Source: Candidatus Woesearchaeota archaeon
Lineage (GTDB): Archaea > Nanobdellota > Nanobdellia > Woesearchaeales > SKGA01
Assembly (NCBI GenBank): GCA_016926395.1
Contig: JAFGOT010000006.1
Location: 1 to 63,760 of the forward strand
DNA: 63,760 nt
Reading direction: 5' to 3'
This document shows positions 19,674-28,044 of this stretch, piece by piece. The number at the start of each line of letters is the position of its first letter. Positions within the stretch are counted from its first letter, which is position 1. The position numbers were made by a program, and so were the translations under genes. The notes under the pieces are model-generated. The model saw nothing but the letters and a program-made list of their open reading frames with translations. It made no database searches and was not told the DNA's origin.

Positions 19674-20081
19674 ATGATAGTAATAGACGCATCAAATCTA
19701 ATCCTTGGTCGAATGGCGACCTTCGTTGCAAAGCAAGCTCTCCTAGGTCAAGAAATCCGAGTTATAAATGTAGAAAAAGCAGTTGTATCTGGAAAGAAAA
19801 AAGTTGTAATTAACGATGTGAAGACAAATATGGATAGAGGAACTCCAGCAAAAGGTCCTTTCATTCCACACATGGCTGATCGATACGTACGACGAGTAAT
19901 TCGAGGTATGCTTCCATACAAACAACCAAAAGGAGCAGAAGCTTACAAAAGAGTTCTTTGCTACACTGGTGTTCCAGAAGAACTAAAAGATAAACCTACA
20001 ACAACCGTAGAAGGTGCAAGTGTTGAGAAATTACCAAATCTTAACTATGTTGCAATTGGCGAAGTGCTAAGAAATATCTAG
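19674..20081 (+). CDS. rpl13: 50S ribosomal protein L13 (uL13)
   Basis: 135 aa. IDASNLILGRMATFVAKQAL.G..I.V.N.EKAV.SG and RRVIRGMLPYK motifs. Confidence 0.9.
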   Translation: MIVIDASNLILGRMATFVAKQALLGQEIRVINVEKAVVSGKKKVVINDVKTNMDRGTPAKGPFIPHMADRYVRRVIRGMLPYKQPKGAEAYKRVLCYTGVPEELKDKPTTTVEGASVEKLPNLNYVAIGEVLRNI

Positions 20082-20091
20082 GTGAATAGAA

Positions 20092-20499
20092 ATGGCAAAA
20101 GAAACTAAATCAATCATCTCAACTGGAAAAAGAAAAACTGCAATTGCTCGAGCAACACTAAAGAACGGTTCAGGAAAAGTCCTAATTAACAATAAAGATG
20201 TTTCAATTTTAGAACCAACTATTGCAAGACTAAAACTACAAGAACCATTAATTTTAGCAGGAGAATCTGCAAGTAAGGTAGATATCTCTGTTAAAGTGAT
20301 TGGTGGTGGATTTATGAGTCAAACAATTGCAGCAAGACTGGCAATTGGAAGAGCATTAGCTGAAAAATATCCAAAACTAAAAGAAGCATTTCTAGACTAT
20401 GATCGACAGTTATTAGTAGCTGATGTACGGCGAAAAGAACAAGTTAAACCAAACAGTCACGGAAGTGCTCGAAGTAAACGACAAAAATCCTACCGTTAA
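20092..20499 (+). CDS. rps9: 30S ribosomal protein S9 (uS9)
   Basis: 135 aa. [13 protein letters not shown]...IN and the C-terminal DVRRKE..K.....[10 protein letters not shown] motif. Confidence 0.95.
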   Translation: MAKETKSIISTGKRKTAIARATLKNGSGKVLINNKDVSILEPTIARLKLQEPLILAGESASKVDISVKVIGGGFMSQTIAARLAIGRALAEKYPKLKEAFLDYDRQLLVADVRRKEQVKPNSHGSARSKRQKSYR

Positions 20500-20574
20500 T
20501 GCGGCTATGATTTTATTTTTTATTTTTTTTATTTCCAATGTATTATCACAAAATTACTATATGAGGTTAAAAAA

Positions 20575-20772
20575 ATGATTATTCCTGTTCGATGCATGAG
20601 TTGCGGAAAACCAATTGGTCACCTTTGGGAAGAGTTCAAAGAACGAGTAGCTAAAGGGGAAGAACGAAAAGTAGTTCTTGACGAACTGGGTCTTGAAAGA
20701 TACTGTTGTAGAGCGGTTTTCTTAGGTCATGTAGACTTAATCGACACTGCAGCGGCATTTAAAAAACATTAG
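20575..20772 (+). CDS. rpoN: DNA-directed RNA polymerase subunit N (Rpo10)
   Basis: 65 aa. [19 protein letters not shown] and LGLERYCCR zinc-binding motifs. Confidence 0.9.
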   Translation: MIIPVRCMSCGKPIGHLWEEFKERVAKGEERKVVLDELGLERYCCRAVFLGHVDLIDTAAAFKKH

Positions 20773-20870
20773 TTGTTTTTGCTAACTGTGATCGGCTTTG
20801 TCCGTGAACAGCTTTTTTATTATTTTTTCTCTAGAAATAATTATATACTACAAATCACCTTATTGTTATT

Positions 20871-21641
20871 ATGAAGTCTATTTGGTTGTTATTGGTATTA
20901 TTGTTACTATTTACTTCTTGTTCATATAATCAAAAATCGTTTACTCATACTTTTGTGAATTCATTAAACGAAATTAAAGCTGATGATTTTAATAAATATT
21001 TTTCTGAAGAACAACAAAAAGACTTTGATGTTATTAAAGAACTATTGTTTAACTTTACTGATTATGGGGTTATGCAGTTTTCAAGTTCTGAAGATCAAAA
21101 ATTTTTAATAAACTCTAAATATTATGATGTGGACTTAACTCTATTTTTAAAAAAAGAAAATAGCTTTGTGATACTTAATTCAAAATTTGATTGTAAGTGG
21201 AGAAACTGCAAAATTACTCAGATGAGTATCGACAAATCCTCGATGATAAAAATAATTAATAATGACTACTTTTCTGATAATGAAATAACATTGAACTTTG
21301 CTGACTATCTAGAAATGCCTTTGATGTGCTATGAGGGAAAATGTCAACCGCCCATAAATGCAACGAGTAAACTGCCAAACTTACAATCTGTCGAATCAAA
21401 AATGTATTGTAATGGCGAAAAACAACAGGTTAATCTAGTTCAAGTTCAACAAAAAGATGCTTGTGAAGACTTTAAATCAGCAAAAAAAGTTTATGATGCG
21501 TATTGTCTTGAAGGACCAAAAACTAAAATAGAGATATCTTTTGAAGGTAAATTTAATAATTGTGAAACAGGTATTTTTAATTTAACTTTAGAAACTGTAG
21601 ATGATGATTTAACTTATACAAAATATTACTTTGAGAAATAA
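20871..21641 (+). CDS. Cys-rich secreted protein or lipoprotein, hypothetical
   Basis: 256 aa. Signal peptide ending in a lipobox-like LLFTSC. About ten further Cys in the mature part. No family recognised. Confidence 0.5.
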   Translation: MKSIWLLLVLLLLFTSCSYNQKSFTHTFVNSLNEIKADDFNKYFSEEQQKDFDVIKELLFNFTDYGVMQFSSSEDQKFLINSKYYDVDLTLFLKKENSFVILNSKFDCKWRNCKITQMSIDKSSMIKIINNDYFSDNEITLNFADYLEMPLMCYEGKCQPPINATSKLPNLQSVESKMYCNGEKQQVNLVQVQQKDACEDFKSAKKVYDAYCLEGPKTKIEISFEGKFNNCETGIFNLTLETVDDDLTYTKYYFEK

Positions 21642-21642
21642 A

Positions 21643-21978
21643 ATGTCAATTAGAGGAAGACCATCAAAGAGCGTGGTGCGAGAACACCTAAAAGAAGTTT
21701 TATTCTTAGGTGGACGAATGACTGCTTACACGGCTCACAAACATTATATTAAATTGTTTGCTGCAACAACACAAAGAAACATTTACTATCAACTAGAAAA
21801 AGGTTTAGAAAAAGGAGAATTTATATCTGAAGAGATTACTGAAGAAGGAGAATATTCTTGGGGGACTTCTGCAAGAAAGAAATATTATGACTTAGCAAAA
21901 AATATAAAACCTAATTTTAGCAAAGAATCTTATGATTATTTTCAAACTATAAAAATAAATGAAAAGAAAGGTGATTAA
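21643..21978 (+). CDS. PadR-like winged-helix transcription regulator (tentative)
   Basis: The ATG at 21643 lies 2 nt after the upstream stop; the track's TTG at 21631 overlaps that gene. The pattern ..EVLFLGGRMTAYTAHKHYIKLF.....QRNIYYQLEKGLEKGEFISEE.......RKKYYDL resembles the PadR wHTH core. Confidence 0.45.
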   Translation: MSIRGRPSKSVVREHLKEVLFLGGRMTAYTAHKHYIKLFAATTQRNIYYQLEKGLEKGEFISEEITEEGEYSWGTSARKKYYDLAKNIKPNFSKESYDYFQTIKINEKKGD

Positions 21979-23142
21979 ATGAAAACTATAAAAGATTTAA
22001 AAATCAAAAATAAACGAGTTTTCCTACGTTGTGATTTTAATGTTCCTATTAAAAATGGACGTATAACTGATACCACTAGGATTGAAAATGCTATTCCTAC
22101 AATAAAAGCTATTTTATCAGAAAAACCAAAACAGATAATTTTGGCGAGTCATTTAGGTAGACCTAAAGGATATGATGAAAAATTAAGTCTTGGAATTGTT
22201 GCAAAAAAACTATCCGAGATAATGCATAAAGAAATATATCTACATCCATTGATCGAGGCTCCAATTGAAGTTAACATTGATATAGTGATGCTTGAAAACT
22301 TAAGATTTTTTGAAGGTGAAAAAAAAGGAAGCATTGCTTTTGCAAAACAACTAGCACAACACGTCGATGTTTATGTTGATGATGCATTTGGAACTGCACA
22401 TCGAAAAGATGCTAGTGTTTATGCTTTGGCAAAACTTCTTCCAAATGCAGTTGGATTATTAATACAAAAAGAATTAGAAAATGTTCATTTGAATCATCCT
22501 AAACCTATCGTTGCAATATTTGGAGCTGCAAAAATTCATGACAAATTGCCTTTATTCAAAAAATTACTTGATAAGGTTGACAAACTAATTTTGGGAGGAG
22601 GTGTTGTTTTTACATTCTTAAAAGCAGGAGGGATTGAAGTTGGGAAGTCTCTTGTCGAAGAAGAAATGGTTGAAACAGCTAAACAGCTTTTGAAAAAATA
22701 CTCTAGCAAAATTGTTTTCCCGGTAGACTTTGTAGGGACTACGCCTGCAAAGTTAAAGAAATTGGATTCCTTATCCACATTAGAAAAAAAACAATCAATA
22801 AGAACTGTTTCTGTAGAAAATATTTCTAAGTCAATTGCTTGTTATGATGTTGGTCCAAAGACAGTTAAGCTCTTTTCAGCTGTGATAAACTCTTCAAAAA
22901 CAGTTGTTTGGAATGGTCCTCTTGGAATGTTTGAAGTAAAACCGTTTGATAAAAGTACTAAACAATTAGCAAACTATATCTCTAAACATAATAAAAAATG
23001 TATTGTGTGTGGCGGGGATACTGTTGCTTCAACAAGTGGTGTTTTGAAATCTGGAAAATTAGTTCATATCTCTACTGGTGGAGGCGCTAGTTTAGAATTG
23101 CTGGCTGGAAACAAATTACCTGCTGTTGAGGTTTTAAAATAA
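21979..23142 (+). CDS. pgk: phosphoglycerate kinase
   Basis: 387 aa. N-terminal KRVFLRCDFNVP, SHLGRPKG, and C-terminal STGGGASLELL motifs. Confidence 0.95.
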   Translation: MKTIKDLKIKNKRVFLRCDFNVPIKNGRITDTTRIENAIPTIKAILSEKPKQIILASHLGRPKGYDEKLSLGIVAKKLSEIMHKEIYLHPLIEAPIEVNIDIVMLENLRFFEGEKKGSIAFAKQLAQHVDVYVDDAFGTAHRKDASVYALAKLLPNAVGLLIQKELENVHLNHPKPIVAIFGAAKIHDKLPLFKKLLDKVDKLILGGGVVFTFLKAGGIEVGKSLVEEEMVETAKQLLKKYSSKIVFPVDFVGTTPAKLKKLDSLSTLEKKQSIRTVSVENISKSIACYDVGPKTVKLFSAVINSSKTVVWNGPLGMFEVKPFDKSTKQLANYISKHNKKCIVCGGDTVASTSGVLKSGKLVHISTGGGASLELLAGNKLPAVEVLK

Positions 23143-23203
23143 ACTTTATTTTTTTGTTTTTTTAGCAAACCTTTTTAAACAAAATTTGAATTCTTAGACC
23201 TCC

Positions 23204-23761
23204 ATGAAAAAGATACATAAAACAGTACATCCATGGCACGATTTGCCTTATGGAGATAATGCACCAAATGAAGTAACTGCATTTATTGAAGTGCCAAAGA
23301 ACAGTAAACTAAAATATGAACTTGATAAAGAATCTGGTTTTATTAAACTTGATAGAGTTTTATATTCTGCAGTCCATTATCCTGGAGATTATGGATTTAT
23401 TCCACAAACCCTTTCAGAAGATGGTGATCCGACTGATATAATTATTATTTCTAATTTTCCTGTCATGCCGGGTGTAATTGTTCGAGCAAGACCAATTGGT
23501 GTTTTAGAAATGATTGATGGTGACGAGCGAGATGAAAAAATAATTGCAGTATATTGTGATGATCCTCGTTTTGATAAAAGAAAGGATATTAATGATTTCT
23601 CGGAGCATGTGATAATTGAAATAAAACATTTCTTTGAAACTTACAAAGAGCTACAAGGAAAGAAAGTAGAAATTAAAAGTATCAAAGGCTGTTGGGATGC
23701 ACGTGAAGAAATAAAGAAAGGCATTGCTCTTTACAAAAAAACTTATGTGGATGAGGAGTAA
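23204..23761 (+). CDS. ppa: inorganic pyrophosphatase, family I
   Basis: 185 aa. IEVPKNSKLKYELDK, YPGDYGFIPQT, DGDPTDIII and DGDERDEKIIAV motifs. Confidence 0.95.
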   Translation: MKKIHKTVHPWHDLPYGDNAPNEVTAFIEVPKNSKLKYELDKESGFIKLDRVLYSAVHYPGDYGFIPQTLSEDGDPTDIIIISNFPVMPGVIVRARPIGVLEMIDGDERDEKIIAVYCDDPRFDKRKDINDFSEHVIIEIKHFFETYKELQGKKVEIKSIKGCWDAREEIKKGIALYKKTYVDEE

Positions 23762-24220
23762 TTATTTTTTCTCTCTTCTTAGGAGATGACCAAGGTCATA
23801 AAAATTCTTAAGAAGTTTTTTATCTTTTTTATCAAACTTGCCAAGACCAATAACTTCTTCTTTATCATTAAGAACTAAAACTGAAGAGTTAACGTTTCCT
23901 TTTTCAATTATATTTTCGTCAAAAACATCTCGACCACAAATGAATAACCATGCGGATTTGTCATTTAGCTTAACAAACCGATCAGTTTTATCTTTTAGAA
24001 GATTTAATAGATTTATGCTTGAATTAAATTTTTTGGATTTTTCTTCCCCTAAAAACAGGCCTGCAGATCTCACTTCTTCCATATCTAGTTTTTCAAGGAG
24101 TAACCTGATTTGGGGATTTACTAAGTAGTATTTTTTGTTAATTTTCATAACACTATCAAAATCAAAATCGTCGGTGAATTGATTAACAAATTGCTTAAAA
24201 AAATCCATAAATAACAACAA
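23762..24220 (-). CDS. NIP7-like / PUA-domain RNA-binding protein (tentative)
   Basis: 152 aa. The C-terminal half (..AWLFICGRDVF......G.VNSSVLVLNDKEEVIGLGKF) resembles PUA domains of NIP7/UPF0113-type proteins. Confidence 0.4.
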   Translation of the reverse strand: MLLFMDFFKQFVNQFTDDFDFDSVMKINKKYYLVNPQIRLLLEKLDMEEVRSAGLFLGEEKSKKFNSSINLLNLLKDKTDRFVKLNDKSAWLFICGRDVFDENIIEKGNVNSSVLVLNDKEEVIGLGKFDKKDKKLLKNFYDLGHLLRREKK

Positions 24221-24264
24221 TTGAGAGTAGCTTTTTATATGTTGCTTTATTTTACTGTGTTAAT

Positions 24265-24585
24265 ATGGCTAAACGCTACCACAAAAATAAGGCTAAACAG
24301 ATTGCAAAGAATCATATGGATAATCTAGAAGACCAAATAGATAAGCAAAGATTTGTTGATGCTAGTCTTGCTCAGAAGTATCTAGAGATGATACGACGAC
24401 TATCAAGAAAGTTTAAAATTCCTGTTTCTAGAACTATAAAACGTCAATATTGTAAACAGTGCCATATTTTACTAACTCCAGGTCTGAATGCACGAGTGCG
24501 TTTAAGAGATGGGAAACGAGTCTTATATTGTTATTCTTGTAAGAATTTTACCAGAACTCCTTATTCAAAGAAAAAAGAAAACTAA
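24265..24585 (+). CDS. rnp4: RNase P protein component 4 (Rpp21/Rpr2)
   Basis: 106 aa. Basic helical N-terminus, then a zinc ribbon: KRQYCKQCHILLTPGLNARVRLRDGKRVLYCYSCKNFTRTPY. Confidence 0.8.
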   Translation: MAKRYHKNKAKQIAKNHMDNLEDQIDKQRFVDASLAQKYLEMIRRLSRKFKIPVSRTIKRQYCKQCHILLTPGLNARVRLRDGKRVLYCYSCKNFTRTPYSKKKEN

Positions 24586-24857
24586 ATTCTTCTAAAGTAA
24601 AACAGCTTACTGTTCTTACTAACGACAAAATAGCCTCCAATTATTAAAATAAGGCCAAAAACCAGTTTTAATAGAGGTAATAAGACGGGAATAACTATAA
24701 ATATACCTATAAGGATTGCTAAAACTCCTAATACTGTAAATCCTGTTTCTTTGTAGTCTTTTTTGAAATTAAAGTTACTTTTGTTTCTGTTATTTTGTTT
24801 TAATTTCATTTTGTTCCTCTTTGACGATTTTAAAATAGTGTGGCCCTGTGAACTCAA
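24582..24857 (-). CDS. small two-TM membrane protein
   Basis: 91-aa ORF. Basic N-terminus, two adjacent hydrophobic helices. No family recognised. Confidence 0.4.
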   Translation of the reverse strand: MSSQGHTILKSSKRNKMKLKQNNRNKSNFNFKKDYKETGFTVLGVLAILIGIFIVIPVLLPLLKLVFGLILIIGGYFVVSKNSKLFYFRRI

Positions 24858-25144
24858 TCTACGTCATTGTGTGAACGAATTCACCCTTGGTGATCTTAAA
24901 GCACAAGGCCTTGTTAATGGTTATTGTCTGCTGTTTTTATATTTTACTTTTAAATGAAAGCATAGCTTTATATTCTGTAAAATATACTTTCTGTCCCCGA
25001 ATTAAGTTGTGTTTGGACGTATGTTTAAAACCGAAAAATTTAAATAAGAAATATACGTCAATTGTTACACCTGTTTGGTGAATACAGAACTGATTTGTTC
25101 TGGATGTCGAGTAAATCTTGACAAAACAGATAAGAGGTGACAAA

Positions 25145-25441
25145 ATGTCATATTACGAAGAAGAACAAGAAGATTACGATCCTGACATGTTTGAGGAGTT
25201 TGGAGAGGGCTTTGAAGATGAGTTAAGTGAAGATTCGCTTAATGAAAAAATCTACGAAAGTGCCTTTGATGAAGCATCAGCAGACGCAGCAAACTCTCAA
25301 GCACTAGATGTTGAAGAAGATGACGATTATGAATTTGATGAAGTCGTAGGTGGCCGAGACAAAAAACCTGTAATGAGTCTTCTAAACAAAGGAAAGTTAT
25401 CTAAATACGAAATGGATGACCTACTGAATTTAAACGAGTAA
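25145..25441 (+). CDS. highly acidic small protein, hypothetical
   Basis: The ATG at 25145 is preceded by AGAGGTGA. The track's TTG at 25118 is less likely. The product is very rich in Asp/Glu (MSYYEEEQEDYDPDMFEEFGEGFEDE...). Confidence 0.45.
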   Translation: MSYYEEEQEDYDPDMFEEFGEGFEDELSEDSLNEKIYESAFDEASADAANSQALDVEEDDDYEFDEVVGGRDKKPVMSLLNKGKLSKYEMDDLLNLNE

Positions 25442-25492
25442 AAACGTTATTTTTTACAAATTTTTTTAAATTCTTTTTATTTTCTTATTTCT

Positions 25493-26101
25493 ATGTCCCA
25501 AATTCTTTCACAAGGAGCTGAAGCGATAATCAAATTAGATGATGGTTTAGTTTACAAAGAAAGAATTGTCAAAGGGTATCGACATCCCCAGCTAGATTCT
25601 CAAATGCGAAAGAGCAGAACTAACAGAGAAAAAAAAGTCATGCAAAAAGCAATTGAGTTAGGAATAAATGTTCCAAACTTACACGAAGACAAAGAAGTTG
25701 ATAAATATACTATTGTGATTGATTTTATTGATGGAAGACGACTTCGAGATGTTTTGCTTGAAGATGTTAATAAAACTGATTATTTAGTGCAAGTAGGAGA
25801 ATGGCTTGCGAAATTACATTCACAAACAATAATGCATGGTGACTTGACAACATCAAATGTGCTTGTTGATAAAAATGGTGTTGCTTATTTAATTGATTTT
25901 GGATTATCTTTCTTCTCAACAAAGATAGAAGACATGGCAGTTGATATTCATCTTTTAGAACAAGCAATAGAAAGTACGCATTACAAACACGCAAAAGAAT
26001 TTTTTGAAAGTTTCCTGCAAGGTTATTCTACTTTTGAACAATACGATGATGTGATGACTCGACTTGAAGAAGTAAGACTTCGAGGAAGAAATAAGCATTA
26101 A
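25493..26101 (+). CDS. bud32: Kae1-associated kinase Bud32 (KEOPS subunit), stand-alone
   Basis: 202 aa. GAEAII........KERI.K.YRHP.LD...R..RT..E......A...G...P, catalytic HGDLTTSN, and DFGLS. Confidence 0.85.
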   Translation: MSQILSQGAEAIIKLDDGLVYKERIVKGYRHPQLDSQMRKSRTNREKKVMQKAIELGINVPNLHEDKEVDKYTIVIDFIDGRRLRDVLLEDVNKTDYLVQVGEWLAKLHSQTIMHGDLTTSNVLVDKNGVAYLIDFGLSFFSTKIEDMAVDIHLLEQAIESTHYKHAKEFFESFLQGYSTFEQYDDVMTRLEEVRLRGRNKH

Positions 26102-26739
26102 ATTTTAGGAACTATTGCTTTGTTTTTTTCTAAATATGCTTTGTAATTTGCTTTCAATTCTAATCTCATTTCTTTTGGAAACCTTGATTTTAAGCCATGT
26201 CTAATCTCTGAACCGTAAGCATGAACTTCATCTAATAAAACTGATTTGTGATATCCTCCTTTAGAAGATAATTCGTTTTGGATTTTAGTGGTGTCATACT
26301 TTTTGATAATGCCACTTGCTTTATTTTTGTATTCTTTATCTGTGTAGAAAAGACCATGTGCTATTTCATGATTTAGCAGATCAGGTATTGATTTATGCTT
26401 TCTATGCACTCCGATGATATAAAAATTTCCTTTGATATTTTTGAATAAAGACAATAATTGTTTCTCTTTTTCAGATAATGGGTTAAATTTACCTTCATAA
26501 AATGGTTTTAAAATTTTAGATGGAATGTTAAAACCATTCCAATCAGTATAATATGAAAATTTTCCTTGATCTTTAATATACCATTCTTTAAATTCTTCTA
26601 AAGAGAATATTTTATTTCTAAATTTTGGAGACTCATAGTGTTCTTGAAATCTCAGAAAAGTAGAACTTAATTCAACTTGAGTATCAAAAACTAATAAAAA
26701 TATTTTACTTGTGATGCTTATTTTTTGGGTGTTTATCAT
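26098..26739 (-). CDS. hypothetical protein with HExxH motif
   Basis: 213 aa. LLNHEIAHGLFY, followed by a DEVHAYG segment. No signal peptide. Separated by 2 nt from the upstream DUF1653-like ORF. Confidence 0.5.
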   Translation of the reverse strand: MINTQKISITSKIFLLVFDTQVELSSTFLRFQEHYESPKFRNKIFSLEEFKEWYIKDQGKFSYYTDWNGFNIPSKILKPFYEGKFNPLSEKEKQLLSLFKNIKGNFYIIGVHRKHKSIPDLLNHEIAHGLFYTDKEYKNKASGIIKKYDTTKIQNELSSKGGYHKSVLLDEVHAYGSEIRHGLKSRFPKEMRLELKANYKAYLEKNKAIVPKI

Positions 26740-26741
26740 GT

Positions 26742-26969
26742 TTATTCAACCAATTCGAAACGTTTGAAAGTTTTTCCTTCTCTTGTGATTATCTCTAAAA
26801 ACATGGAAAGCGGACGAACCCAAACTTGACCTTCTGGGAAATCTTTAGTTGCATGAAGTTTTTTGTAAACAACCATATCTTCTAAAGTTTCACTATGTTT
26901 GCCAACTGCAATAACTTCAATCAAGTCTCCCTTGAAATGTTTGTATTTTCCTAGTTTAATTGAATTCAT
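26742..26969 (-). CDS. DUF1653-like small protein
   Basis: 75 aa. GKYKHFKGDLIEVIAVGKHSETLEDMVVYKKL......WVRPLSMF matches the DUF1653 pattern as I remember it. Confidence 0.6.
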   Translation of the reverse strand: MNSIKLGKYKHFKGDLIEVIAVGKHSETLEDMVVYKKLHATKDFPEGQVWVRPLSMFLEIITREGKTFKRFELVE

Positions 26970-27164
26970 TTTTTATTTCTCCCTTATTTTGTTTAATAAA
27001 TTTATCATATTCGTCATAGATATCTAAATTGAATTCTTTCTTGAAATATTGTTTTGAGTTAAACTTTCCTTCTTTATCAAAACTGCTTTCTCCAGTTACT
27101 GTTAAGAATATTTTTTGAAATGCTTCTTGAAAACTCGTTTTTTCTTTTGTTGCTATAATTGTTG

Positions 27165-27884
27165 TTATATACTCATAAATTGACCTGCAGACTGATATGT
27201 TGAATTTTCGATTATTGGTCTTTTGTCATAGTCTAAAAAATTCATATTCATTTTTTCTAATAACAATTTTGGATTAACATATTCGTTGAAACTTTTATTT
27301 AATTGGTTGCCACAAATAACTTCAAATCCTTCGTTAAAAAGAAATGGAACTCTAACTATTTGTTTATGTTTTTCTATGTTATTAAATTGAAAGAAATTAT
27401 GAAGTAACTCATGAGCAGTCTCTAAATATTTGTATTGAGGTTTTTTATGAAAATGATTTATTATTCCTTTTTGTAAATAAACAAGGTTTGTTCCTGGAGC
27501 ATATCCTATTGCTTCTTTAGGCATATTAATTCTACTTTTTACTCCTGTGGTGCTCATTTCTTCGAAATCTTTAGCTAGAAACATATTAATTGCATATTTT
27601 CCAGAAAAACATGCCATTTTTTTAGGATTGGAGAAACACTTAAGAAGATGTTTTAGTGCCTTGTTTAATTCTTCTTTAATGTAATTTATTGCATTATCTC
27701 TTGATTTATTATTAAATGCTTTAAATTCTTCTTCAAATTCAGGAGTCAATGAACTATAAACTAGATTTATTGGAATGTTATTTTCACTGACGTTAACAAT
27801 CTTTATTTCTTTTTCATCTGGTATGAATAAACTTCTTTTGATGTTTTTTTCATTATTGATGTTATCTTTCATTTTATTTACCAA
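27165..27884 (-). CDS. putative gluzincin-type metallopeptidase (HExxH ... NEGF)
   Basis: 239 aa. TAHELLHNFF, then FLFNEGFE 22 residues later, reminiscent of the HExxH-spacer-(N)E(G/A) arrangement in MA-clan peptidases. The reading frame appears to continue past the stop in another frame (see findings). Confidence 0.45.
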   Translation of the reverse strand: MVNKMKDNINNEKNIKRSLFIPDEKEIKIVNVSENNIPINLVYSSLTPEFEEEFKAFNNKSRDNAINYIKEELNKALKHLLKCFSNPKKMACFSGKYAINMFLAKDFEEMSTTGVKSRINMPKEAIGYAPGTNLVYLQKGIINHFHKKPQYKYLETAHELLHNFFQFNNIEKHKQIVRVPFLFNEGFEVICGNQLNKSFNEYVNPKLLLEKMNMNFLDYDKRPIIENSTYQSAGQFMSI

Positions 27885-28044
27885 AATAAATGTGTTTGTG
27901 TATAAAATACTTTTCTCCTTGTTTTCTTTGTTTTGTTATTGTTATTCTATCAAATAATAAATTTTTAACTTATATCTCCTGTTTTTATCATAAATCACTA
28001 ATTATTTAAAGCTTGCCTGTGTTGTTTTGCTTTGTGAAGGGTGT

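Noticed and set aside
20773-20870. Imperfect hairpin (TGTGATCGG...CCGTGAACA) followed by T-tracts after rpoN, considered as a terminator
   Set aside because: The stem has only 3+3 good pairs. T-rich runs are ubiquitous in this genome, so support for a specific terminator call is insufficient.
24858-25144. 287-nt divergent intergenic region with three short track ORFs (24763-24957, 24887-25081, 24937-25143) and a small GTGAA/TTCAC hairpin
   Set aside because: The ORFs mutually overlap and have Phe/Leu/Cys/Lys-rich products typical of AT-rich non-coding DNA. The hairpin has only 5 bp. This is most simply a shared promoter region.
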